Source of the DNA: Candidatus Latescibacterota bacterium
Lineage (GTDB): Bacteria; Latescibacterota; UBA2968; UBA8231
DNA: 64,000 nucleotides
Assembly (NCBI GenBank): GCA_964291625.2
Contig: OZ220089.1
Span: 3,200,001-3,264,000, forward strand
Direction of reading: 5' to 3'
The translations under genes were made by a program, and so were the position numbers. Below are positions 49,098 to 60,500 of the stretch, one piece after another. Positions within the stretch are counted from its first letter, which is position 1, and each line of letters begins with the position of its first letter. The notes below the pieces were generated by a model. It saw only the letters and a program-made list of their open reading frames with translations. It searched no databases and had not been told where the DNA came from.

Positions 49098-50366
49098 GTG
49101 ACCAATCAAGGCGGCAAGCCAGGACTGTCGATACTTGCTCTTGCCCTGGTGTTTCCCCTTTCGCTGCGGGCCGACCCCGACGCTCCCCGGCCTCTCGATT
49201 CCTGGGAGCTGGCGGACAACAGCCTGAAGTTCCGCGTCGAGACCATCCTGGCTCAGCCGGTAGATGGGGATGAACCGATACCCGCAACACCCTCTGTCAC
49301 CCTGGAACTATACCAGGGCCACTTCTACAAGCTCTCGATCCTCACCGAGGCAGCGGAGGGGTATGCCTTTCCCGACCCCGGTCCCCCTGTCCACAGTCCT
49401 CCCCCTTCAACGAGGGCTATGGCGGGGTTCGGATATTACAGCACGCAGTCCGATACCCTGCGGTTCAATGCCCACTATCTGAAGCTGTTCGCGAACGGGA
49501 AGGACCTGGAGGAGCTCATCGAGCAGTCCGGCGACGCCGGGGCCCTCGAGGAGTTCAAGTTCGTCATCTCCCTGGTCAACGGTCTCTACCTGGATCTGTT
49601 CAACCACCTCTACGCCTACGAATCAGGCGACCGGCTGGTGTTCCTGCTTCCCGCGGGCAGCCCCTTCACCGCCGGAATGGGGGATCCCGCGGGCGGGGTG
49701 GTCTGGGAGCTGGAGAGATCCGGACCTTTGCCGTCGTCGTCGATGACGGCCGTGGAGGCCACGGTGCCGGGCGACCAAGCCGCGGGCCTGACCATCGAGT
49801 TCGCGCGCTCCATTGCCGGGCGTGCCGTCCACTACGCCTGGGGCGGGATCACCGACGAGGCCGGCCGGGTGGAGCTGGACCTGTCCACCCTGGACCGGTC
49901 CGGAGCCACCGGTTTCTACCGGGCCCGGGCCAGCCATCGGGGGGGCGAAGTGGTGGGCCAGTGGCACAGCATCCCCCTGAACCGCGACCGTCTCCAGGTC
50001 CTGGAGCTGGTCCCGGGCGGACGGGCGCGCGTGGTCTCCAGCCGGCCGCTGGAGTCGGCCAAGGCGGTGGCGGGGCGGGAGCCGGTGGCCGCCGGGCTGG
50101 CGTCCAACTACCCCAACCCCTTCAACAGCAGCACCCGGATCGAATACGGGCTGGGCGCCGCCGGGCGGGTGCGGCTGGAGATCTACAACGTCCTGGGGCA
50201 GCCGGTGCGCACCCTCGTGGATGAGGAGTCCCAGGACGCCGGGATGTACCAGGTCGAGTGGGACGCCCGGGACCAGCGCGGGGCCGCCGTGGCCGCCGGG
50301 GTCTATCTGACGCGCCTGGTCTACCCGGGAGGAGTGGAGACGCGGCGCGTGCTGTATCTCAAATAG
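49098..50366 (+). CDS. Module 2 gene B (close paralog of 44137..45387)
   Basis: Shares PRPLDSWELA.NSLKF, SDTLRFNAHYLKLFA, VISLVNGLYLDLFNHLYAYES and an identical last ~30 aa. Confidence 0.88.
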   Translation: MTNQGGKPGLSILALALVFPLSLRADPDAPRPLDSWELADNSLKFRVETILAQPVDGDEPIPATPSVTLELYQGHFYKLSILTEAAEGYAFPDPGPPVHSPPPSTRAMAGFGYYSTQSDTLRFNAHYLKLFANGKDLEELIEQSGDAGALEEFKFVISLVNGLYLDLFNHLYAYESGDRLVFLLPAGSPFTAGMGDPAGGVVWELERSGPLPSSSMTAVEATVPGDQAAGLTIEFARSIAGRAVHYAWGGITDEAGRVELDLSTLDRSGATGFYRARASHRGGEVVGQWHSIPLNRDRLQVLELVPGGRARVVSSRPLESAKAVAGREPVAAGLASNYPNPFNSSTRIEYGLGAAGRVRLEIYNVLGQPVRTLVDEESQDAGMYQVEWDARDQRGAAVAAGVYLTRLVYPGGVETRRVLYLK

Positions 50367-50381
50367 CCGGAGGGAACACCG

Positions 50382-51137
50382 ATGAAACGCATCTCGAGTC
50401 TCCTGCTTGGGTCCATGGTCCTGTCAATCGGCGCGTTGGCCGACGTGGTGCCCTTTGAAGGACGGGTCCTGCTGGCGTCGGAGCCTCTTGCCATACCTGG
50501 AGCCCGGATCGTGCTCTACGACCTGGAGCGTCCGGAGTCCCGGATCACCACCACCACCGCCGCCGACGGCTCCTTCTCCCTGGCCTGGAGCGAGCTGGTC
50601 CGGCCGGAGTCGGATGTGCTTGGGCAGAACTATCCCAATCCCTTCAACCCCTCCACCCTGATGCCCTTCCAGCTCTCCGAGGCCGGGCCCGTGCGTCTGG
50701 ACGTGTTCAACATGCTGGGCCAGCGACTGGTCACCCTGGTGGACGGAGAGCAGTCCGCCGGCCTTCACCAGGTTCAGTGGGACGGCACCGACGGGGCGGG
50801 CCGGGCCGTGGGCGCGGGCGTCTACATCTACCGGCTCACCACCCGTGAAGGCCAGCAGACGCGGAGGCTGGTCCTCGTCGACGGCCAGGCAGGCCGGCCC
50901 GGCCGCGGAGCGGGGACGTCCGAAGGGGTGGTGAGCCCGCGATACGGCGTGGAGATCTCCGGCCAGGACATCGTCACCTCGACCTGGGTGTGGTCGCCGG
51001 AGATGGGGGCGCTCGTTGCCCAGGTCGAGGGCGCCCGGCCGCGGTTGCCGACCGAGCTCGACACGCCCCAGGTGGGACCGAATCCCTTCTCCGGGATCGA
51101 CCTGGACTCGGTGATCCAGGTCATCACCGCGCTCTGA
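50382..51137 (+). CDS. Module 2 gene C (paralog of 45463..46233)
   Basis: D.VPFEG.VL, LGQNYPNPFNPSTL.PF, RYGVEISG..I...T..WSPEMG.LVA.V, PF.G..L.SVI.V..A. Confidence 0.88.
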   Translation: MKRISSLLLGSMVLSIGALADVVPFEGRVLLASEPLAIPGARIVLYDLERPESRITTTTAADGSFSLAWSELVRPESDVLGQNYPNPFNPSTLMPFQLSEAGPVRLDVFNMLGQRLVTLVDGEQSAGLHQVQWDGTDGAGRAVGAGVYIYRLTTREGQQTRRLVLVDGQAGRPGRGAGTSEGVVSPRYGVEISGQDIVTSTWVWSPEMGALVAQVEGARPRLPTELDTPQVGPNPFSGIDLDSVIQVITAL

Positions 51138-51150
51138 TCGGCCAGGGTGC
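51027..51150. repeat. Direct repeat R2, copy 1 (3' end of gene C2)
   Basis: Matches 61929..62054 with 6 substitutions and 2 one-base indels by hand count. Confidence 0.95.
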
Positions 51151-51524
51151 CGCGTTTCCACCACCGTCTGTGTGTGGTGGTGGTGGCCACATGTGTGGCC
51201 GTTGCCATCCTGATCTGGGGTGACGGGAGGGAGCGGGGTCGTCAACGCCCCACCCGGGTGCCAGCCGGCGAGCCCCCCTTGGCATCGTTGAAGCTCCTCT
51301 ACCCCTGCGACCCCTCTTCCCTCCCCTGCTGCCTGGTTCGCCAGGAAGCTGACCCCTCCCCGGCCTTCCCGGGCCCAGCGGGCTCTTTCTACAACCCGCC
51401 ACTCGGACAAGAACCCGCCGAAAGCACCTGACCGTCCACCGTACGGGGGTAGCCCCAGGACGCGATGGGTCCGAGCAAATCACCCTGATCTGCGCAGGGG
51501 TTGGGGACAACGAATGAGCCGCTG

Positions 51525-54500
51525 ATGGACGCACCCGAATCCACTCCGAGGATTCACGCGCCGTGCTCGGGTGACCTCGGGATTCTGAGGTTCGTGGTCG
51601 TCGGGTTCCTGTGTTTGTTGCCGGGGGCGCTGTCGGAGTCGCGGGTGGAGGGTCAGGGCGGGGCCGTGGTTCCGTCTCGTCTGTACTGGACGGACGGGGG
51701 TCTCGACAAGATCCAGCGTTGCCTGTTGGACGGGTCGGAGGTGGAGGACGTGGTCACCGGCCCGCGTCAGATGCGCGGGCTGGCGGTGGATGTTGCCGGC
51801 CAGCGGCTGTACTGGGCGGACCGGGCCCGCGGCAAGATCCAGCGGTCGGACCTGGATGGCTATGGGGAGCGGGACCTGGTGAGCCACGGCCTGAGCCATC
51901 CCCGGAGCGTGGTGGTGGACCCCGAGGCCGGCCGGATGTACTGGACCGACTCGGGCAGCGACAAGATCCAGGTGGCCGACCTGGACGGCTCGAACGTGCA
52001 GGACCTGATCACGGAAGGCCTCCAGACCCCCCTGGGCCTGGCCCTGGATGGGGACGCCGGGCAGCTATACTGGAGCGACCGGGGCACCGGCAAGATCCAG
52101 CGGTCCCACCTCGACGGCTCCGGGGTGGAGGATCTGGTCACCGGTCTGGGCACCCCCCGGGGCCTGGCCCTGGACCTGGGTGCCGGCCAGATCTACTGGA
52201 CCGACTCCAGTACTGACAAGATCCAGCGATCCAACCTCGACGGCTCCGAGGTGGAGGAGGTGGTGAGCGGTCTGCGCCTGCCGCGGGGCCTGGCCCTGGA
52301 CCCGACCGCGGGCCGGATCTACTGGACGGACTCGGCCGCCGGCAAGATCCAGAGCGCCAACCTGGACGGCTCGGACATGCGCGATCTGGTCACCGGTCTG
52401 CGCGATCCCCGGGGGCTGGCCCTGGCTCTGGCGGAGCCGTCGAACCGCCCCCCGGTGGTGACTCCGATCGAGGACCGCACCCTGGCCGCCGGCGACACCC
52501 TGAGGCTGCCGGTGGGGGGTCAGGATCCGGACGGCGACGAGTTGACTTGGTCGGCGCGCTCCGACGACGAGGCGGTAGCCACTGCAGAGGTCCAGGGCGA
52601 GACCCTGCGCCTCGTGGCCATCGCGCCCGGCCAAGCCTCCATCGAGGTCACCGCCCGCGACCCGGGCGGCCGGAGCGCCACCGAGGCCTTCACCGTCACG
52701 GTGCCGGCCAACCAGCCGCCCGAGGCGGTGGCCCGCCTCTACTGGACGGACGCCGGCACGGGCCGGATCCGCCGGGCCGCCCTCGACGGGTCGGGGGCGG
52801 AAGACCTGATCACCGGGCTGAGTCAGCCCCGGGGCCTGGCCCTGGACGCGGCCGGGGGGCGGCTCTACTGGACCGACAGCCGCGCCGACAAGATCCAGCG
52901 CGCTTCCCTGGACGGCTCGCTGGTGGAGGACCTGGTCACCGACGGCCTGCGGTCGCCCTCGGGTCTGGCCGTCGACCCGGGCGGCGCCAAGGTCTACTGG
53001 AGCGACTACGGCACCCGCCGGATCCAGCGGGCCGACTTGGACGGCAGCGGGGTGGAGGACGTGGTCGTCCGGGGCCTGCGCAGCCCCCTGGGCCTGGCAG
53101 TGGACGGGACCGCTGGCCGGCTCTACTGGACCGACTGGGGCGCCGACCGGATCCAGCGGTCCGGCCTCGACGGCCGGGGCGTGCGCAACCTGGTCACCAC
53201 CGGTTTGCAGTCTCCCCAGGACATCGTCGTGGACCCGGTCGGCGGCTATCTGTACTGGGCCGACTTCGGGACCGACAAGATCCAGCGGGCGGCCCTCGAC
53301 GGCTCGGGGGTGGAGGACGTGATCACCGAGGGCCTGCAGGCTCCCCAGGGTCTGGCGATCGACCCGGCGGCGGGCCGGCTCTACTGGACCGACCCCGGCA
53401 CCGACCGGATCCAGCGGTCCAACCTCGACGGCTCCGAGGTGGAGGACGTGATCACGAAAGACCTGGACACGCCCTACGGGCTGGCCCTGGGCGCGGGTCT
53501 GCCGGCGCGGCAGGTGCGGGCCGGCTACGAGCCGGACACCCTGTCGCTGGCCGGCCGCTTCCTCGACCCGGAGGGCGGCGCCCTGAGCTACCGCGCGGTC
53601 TCGGGGGACACGGCCCTGGCGCTGGCGTCCGTGACCCGGGACACACTGACCGTCACGGGGGTCGCCGCCGGGTACACGTCGATCGAGGTCACCGCGCGGG
53701 ATCCGGAGGGGCTGGAGGCCTCCCTGCCCCTGGCGGTGCGGGTGCTGCCCCACGCCAACCGGCCGCCGGTGCTGACCCCGCTTCCGGACCTGGCCGCCCT
53801 CACCGGGGACACCCTGACCGTCGGCATCGAGGCCACCGACCCCGACGGCGACAGCCTGAGCTACGCGGCCGCTTCCGCTGACACCGCCCTCGTCCAGGCC
53901 AGTACCGCCGATTCGGTGATCACCCTGCGGCCCATCGCGGCGGGCGAGACGTCGATCGCGGTGACGGTCCGCGACGACAGCCTGGCGGTGGCCGACACCT
54001 TCGGGGTGACGGTGTCGTGGTCGAACCGGGCGCCGCAGCCCGGCAGCCTGCGGGCCCGCCAGGTGTTCCTGGGCGGGGTGGCCAGGATCGTCCTGCGCCG
54101 GGAGTTCACCGACCCCGACGGCGACAGCCTGAGCTATACCGCCGCGTCGCGGGACTCGACCGTGGCCACGGCCGCGGTCTCCCGCGACACCCTGACGATC
54201 ACCCCGGTGGCCTCGGGCCGGACGGCGATCGACATGACGGCCACCGATCCGGAGGGCCTGCAGGCGGCCGGGTCCTTCGCCCTCACCGTCCGCCGCCGCC
54301 CCCCGCCCCCACCGCCCGGCGGCGGAGGGGGTGGCGGCGGTGGAGGCGGTGGAGGCGGAGGTTTCTTCATCCCGCCGCCCCCGCCCCCTCCGCCCCGGAC
54401 CACCAACGAGGCGCCGGTCTTCCCCGAGGCGCCGAGCACGTCCCGCACGGTGCCGGAGAACACCGCCGCCAACCGCAACATCCAGCACCCGGTGCGGGCC

Positions 54501-57500
54501 ACCGACGGCGACAACGACCGGCTGACCTACCTGCTCTCCGGCACCGACGCGGACAGCTTCTCCGTGGTCTCCACAAGCGGCCAGTTGCGTACGCGGGCCG
54601 GCATCACCTACGACTTCGAGCTCCGGGACCGCTACCAGGTGCTGCTGGAAGCCGCCGACGGCTACGGCGACACGGCCGACATCGCCGTGACAATCCACCT
54701 GTCCGACGTCGACGAGCCGCCCCGGCCGCCGGCCCGGCCTTTGGTCGAGCCGGCCTCCACGACCCGCCTGACAGTGAGCTGGAGCGAGCCGGTCAACACC
54801 GGCCCCGAGGTCGACGACTACGACGTGCAGTACCGCAGGAGCGGCAGTTTCCTCCCATGGCCTCACGACGGCCCCGGCACGAGCACCACGATCCCGGACC
54901 TGGACCCGAACACCCGCTACGAGGTGCAGGTGCGGGCCTCGAACGCGGAGGGCACGGGCGGCTGGTCGCCTTCGGGCTTCGGCAACACCAGCGCCAACCA
55001 GCGGCCGGTCTTCGACGAGTCCTCTCCCACCCGCACTCTCGACGAGAATACGACCGGGACAAGCGGCATCGGCGGTCCGGTGACCGCCACCGATCCGGAG
55101 AACACCTCCCTGACCTACCGCCTATTGACCGGACGGGACGCGGGCTCCTTCACCATCGGCGAGGCCAGCGGGCAGCTGCGCACGCGGGACGGCGTGGACT
55201 ACGACTACGAGACGAAGAGCCGCTACTCGGTGTTGGTGGAAGCCGAGGACGAGCACGGCGGCCGCACGACCGTCATCGTGACCATCGACCTGATCGACGA
55301 CGACAGCGAGCAGCCCGGGCGGCCGGCCAAGCCGACGGTGTCGGCCTCGACGTCGAGCAGTCTGTCCATCCGCTGGACGGCCCCGGACAACGCAGGGCCG
55401 GCGATCAACGACTACGACGTGCAGTACAGCGAGGACGGCGGCGCCTTCGAGGCGTGGTCCCACACCGGCCCGGGCACGAGCACGACGATCACCGGTTTGA
55501 CGGCCAACACCCCCTACCGGGTGCAGGTGCTGGCGCGCAGCGACGAGGGCGAGAGCCTCTGGTCCGAGTCGGTCGAGGCCACGACCAGCGCCAACCGGGC
55601 GCCCACCTTCAACGAGGGGAACCGCACCACACGGAGCTTTGCGGAAAACACCACCGGGACCAACGACATCGGCAACCCGGTGACCGCCACCGACCGCGAC
55701 GGGGGCACGCCCGACTACAGCCTCGAGGGCACGGACGCGGCGAGTTTCACCATCGACGCGAGCGACGGACAGCTGCAGACCGGGTCCGGCCAGACCTGGG
55801 ACTTCGAGGAGAAAGACCGCTACGAGGTAATCGTGCGGGTCGAGGACGGCCAGGGCGGCAGCAACACCATCGAGGTCACGATCCATCTGACCGACCTGCA
55901 GGAACCGCCGGAAACCCCGGCGGCCCCCAGCGTCTCGGCGGCCTCGTCGACGAGTCTTGCGGTGACTTGGGATGAACCGGCCAACACCGGTCCCGACATC
56001 ACCGACTACGACGTGCAGTACCGGCCGCGGGACACCGGCGGTTTCCGCGGCTGGAGCCACACCGGCGCCGAACGCACGGCCACGATCCCCAGTCTGATCC
56101 CGGACTCCACCTACCAGGTGCAGGTGCTGGCGCGCAGTCCCGAAGGGGCCAGCGGCTGGTCGCCGACGGGCACGGGCACCACCGGCCCCAACGGGCTGCC
56201 CCTCTTCACCGACGGGTCGAGCGCCACCCGCAGCTTCGACGAGAACACCACCGGCGTCGTCGGTGTCGGCGATCCGGTGAGCGCCACCGATCCGGAGAAC
56301 ACGACCCCGACCTACAGCCTCCAGGGGGCGGATGCCGATTCCTTCACCATCGACACCCGCAGCGGACAACTGCGCACCCGGGCGGACAAGATTTGGGACT
56401 ACGAGACCAGGTCCAGCTTTTCGGTCTCGGTGAAGGCCGTGGACGGCCACCAGGGGGAGCGCACCATCCCGGTCTCCATCGACCTGAACGACCTCAACGA
56501 GGCGCCGGTCTTCACCAGCGGCGCGGCCTTCGAAGCGGCGGAAAACCAGACCTTCGCCGGCCGGGTGGAGGCGGAGGATCTCGACAACGCCGACGATATC
56601 ACCGGCTACACCCTCACCGGCGGCGCCGACCGCGACCGCCTGGAGATCGACAACGCAGGCTCCCTGACCTTCCAGGAGGCCCCCGACTTCGAGAGCCCTT
56701 CGGACGCGGGAGGCAACCGGCAGTACAACGTGGTCGTCACCGCCACCGGGGGCGGCGGAGGCCGCGCCCTGACCGCTCAGCAGTCGATCGCCGTCACCCT
56801 CACCGATGAGAACGAGCCGCCGGTGTTCACCAGCGCCGACACCTTCGAGATCCGCGAGAACACCCGGGTCGCCGGCCGCGTGACCGCCCGCGACGTCGAC
56901 GCCGGCGACGCCGTCACCGGCTACGAGGTCACCGGCGGCGCCGACCGGGACGAGTTCGAGATCGTCAGCACCAACCAGCTGCGCTTCAAGGACGACGACG
57001 ACCCCGACTTCGAGGACCCGGACGATTCGGGGGGCGGCAACGACTACAGCGTGGTGGTGGAGGCCACCGGCGGCACGGATCCCCGGGACATGACCGCCTC
57101 CAAGACGGTCGTCGTCCTCGTGGAGGACGTGAACGAACCGCCGGCCCGGCCCGACCCGCCCGCCGTCAGCGACGAGACGGAGAGCAGCCTGACCGTGAGC
57201 TGGGACGAGCCGGCCAACACCGGCCCCGTGATCAGCAACTACCACGTGCAGTACCGCCACAGCGGGACCTATCTCGCCTGGTCCGACAGCGGCGCCGCCC
57301 GGAGCCGCGTGATCACCGGCCTGCGCTCGGGACGGAACTACCAGATCCAGGTGCAGGCCAAGAACGACGAGGGCACGGGAGCCTGGTCCAACGCCGGCAG
57401 CGGCCGGACGCTCACCGCGCCGACGGTCTCCCGCGTCGCCTTCACCTCGACCCCGGCCACGGGACAGAACAACACCTACAAGCTCAGCGACACCCTCGAC

Positions 57501-60500
57501 GTGACCGTCACCTTCAGCGAGGCGGTGACCGTCACCGGCACGCCCCAGGTCGACCTGACCCTCGGCTCCAACGTGCGCCAGGCGGACTACGAGAGCGGCT
57601 CGGCCACGACCCAGCTCCTGTTCCAGTACGAGGTGCAGGACACCGACCAGGACGACAACGGCGCCGCCATCAACGCCAACGGCCTCAGGCTCAACAGCGG
57701 CCGCATCTTCCTCCAAAGAACCAACACCACCGTCAACGCCGACCTGGTCCACTCGGCCCTCGCCAACCAGTCCCGACACAAGGTCGACGGCGTCGCCCCG
57801 ACCCCCACCAAAGCGGAGGTGGATGGAACCAGGCTGACCCTGACGTATGGCGAAGCGCTCGTCAGCAGCCCAAGGCCGGCCAACACCGATTTCGAAGTGA
57901 CCGTAGACAGCGAGACGCGAGATGTTACCGCGGTAGCCGTCAGCAACACCAAGGTAACCCTCACCCTCGCCTCGGCGGCAAACACGGGGGAGACGGTGGC
58001 CCTGGCCTACACACCGGGGACCAACCCGATCCGCGACCTGGCGCAGAACCCCGCCGGCACCCTCAGCAACCTGGCGGTGACCAACCTCAGAAACGTCTGC
58101 CACCGCACCGCCCAGGTGCGGGACGAGATCATGGATGAAGCAGGGGTCAGCGCCTGCGGCGACGTAACCGCGGACCATCTGGCGGCCATCACCCGCCTCT
58201 CCCTGAGCGACGAGAGCATCTCCACGCTGAAAGCCGGCGACTTTGCCGGTCTTACGAGCCTCGAAAAGCTCTACCTGTCAGACAACAATATCAGCACCCT
58301 GCCGGAGAACATCTTCTCCGACCTGTCGGCCCTGGAGGAGCTCTACCTCAAGCAGAACAACCTCTCCAACCTCGGAGCGAACACGTTCTCCGGGCTGACC
58401 TCCCTGTCATCTCTCGACATGTCCTTCAGCCAGCTCGGCGACTTCGACGCCGGCTTGTTCTCCGGGCTGACGTCCCTGACCCATCTCGATCTGCTGAGCG
58501 CCCGTATCTTCAACCTGCCGGCCAACGGCTTCTCCGCGTTGACGGCGCTGGAGACACTCATCCTTCGAAGCAACCTCCTGGGTGACCTCGCCGCCGACGA
58601 ATTCTCCGGTTTGTCGGGGCTGGAACACCTCGACCTGAGCAGTACCCGAATCACCAGCCTTCCCGTGGACGCCTTCTCCAACCTGTCCGGGCTCAAGCAC
58701 CTCGACCTGGAGTATGCCCGACTCACCAGCTTTCCGCCGGCCGTGTTCTCCGGCTTGTCGTCGCTCGAACACCTCGGCCTGAACCTCAATAGGATGAGCA
58801 GCGGCAGCCTCGACGCCGGCCTGTTCTCCGGGCTGACGTCCCTGACTCATCTCGACCTGCGCAGCATGGATCTCACCTCCGTGCCCGCCAACCTCTTCTC
58901 CGGGCTGACCGCGCTCGAGTTCCTCGACCTGGGCTACAACAACGACCTCGCCACACTGCCGGCCACCGTCTTTTCCGCCCTGACGGACCTCAGAACCCTG
59001 AACCTGAGAACCAACGACATCTCCACCCTGCCGACCGGTCTTCTTTCCGGACTGACGGAGCTGAGATCGCTGGACCTCAGACAATGGGATCTGTCGACCC
59101 TGCCGGACGGCGCGTTTACCGGACTGACGAAGCTGACCAAGCTCCAGCTCCAGTGGAACCCGGTCGACCCCTTGCCGATCACCGTCTCACTGGAATCGGC
59201 CGGGACGGATCAGTTCCGGGCCAAGGCGCACACCGGCGCGCCCTTTGACATCGTCCTGCCGCTGCGGCTCGCCAACGGCGAGATCGAGGGCGGCGAATCG
59301 AGCCTCACCATTCCGCAGGGCAGCGTCGAGAGCGGAACCCTCACGGTCGCCCGCACCGCCGGGACCAAGGCGGCGGTCACCGTCGATCTCGGGGCGCTGC
59401 CGGAACGGCCCGCCAGCGACAACGGCTACGAGCTGGTGCGGTCCGAGGACCTGCCGCTGGCAGTCATCGACGCCGAAGCCGGGGTGGAGATCTATCCCAC
59501 CGAACTGACCTTGGCAGAGGACGAAAGCGACACCTACACGGTGGTGCTGACCATGCAGCCCACCAGCGACGTGACGGTAACGGTGACCGTGCCGTCGGGG
59601 GCCGATGTCACGGTGAACCCGTCGCCGCTGACTTTCACGACCGACAACTGGGATACACCGCAGACCGTGACGGTGAGTACCAGCGCCGACACCGACAGCG
59701 ACGACGACGAGGTCACCCTCACCCACACCGTAAGCGGGGGCTACCAGGGAGTGACCGCCGATGACGTGGAGGTGACGGTCACGGAGGCCGCGGTCACCAC
59801 CAACAGCCCGCCGTCCATCTTCCACAACTCCTGGACCGTAAACGAGAACTTCACCGGTCACATATCCATAGTGGGAACGGATCCGGATGCCAGGGACTAC
59901 ATCACCGGGTACGAGATCACCGGGGGCCCCGACCGGGCGCTGTTCGAGATCACCACCCGAAGCGGCCGGGGCGAGCTCACCTTCGTCGATGTACCCGACT
60001 TCGAACGTCCGGCGGGCACCAGCAACCGGAATGAGATCGTTGTCACCGTCACCAGCGGCATGGGCACCCGGGAACGGACCGGGCAGCGGCAGATCGCCGT
60101 CAACGTGTCCGACGTGGACGAGCCGCCCGGCCGGCCGCCGGCGCCACGGCTGAGTTTCCGAGACGGAGTTACTCCCACCATCGCGGTGAGCATGGGGGGC
60201 CGGATCCCGCCGGTGAATACGGGGCCGGAAATCACTGGCTGGGGAGTGCAACACCGGGAGAAGGACAGCGGCGACGATTTCACCAGTACCACGTACACGT
60301 CCGCGACCCTGGATGGGCGGATCGAGAATCTGACAAAAGACCTCACTTACGAGGTGCAGGTGCAGGCGAAGAACGACGAAGGCGACAGCGAGTGGTCCCC
60401 CTCGGCGGAGATAGAGATACCCAACCAGCCGCCGGTCGCCGTCGGCACCTTCAACGACCTCACGCTGGCGGTGGGGGGCGCTGTCGAGACCGTATCCGTG

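Noticed and set aside
51147-51431. 94-aa ORF upstream of the giant gene
   Set aside because: No RBS, atypical codons, no motif; more likely leader or promoter DNA.
54318-54362. Poly-Gly tract as a phase-variable SSR
   Set aside because: Mixed GGC/GGA/GGT/GGG codons in triplet units; slippage would not shift the frame.
51680-59170. Regularly spaced DNA repeats as a CRISPR array
   Set aside because: They are in-frame coding repeats (YWTD, cadherin, FnIII, LRR); no constant repeat with unique spacers and no cas genes.
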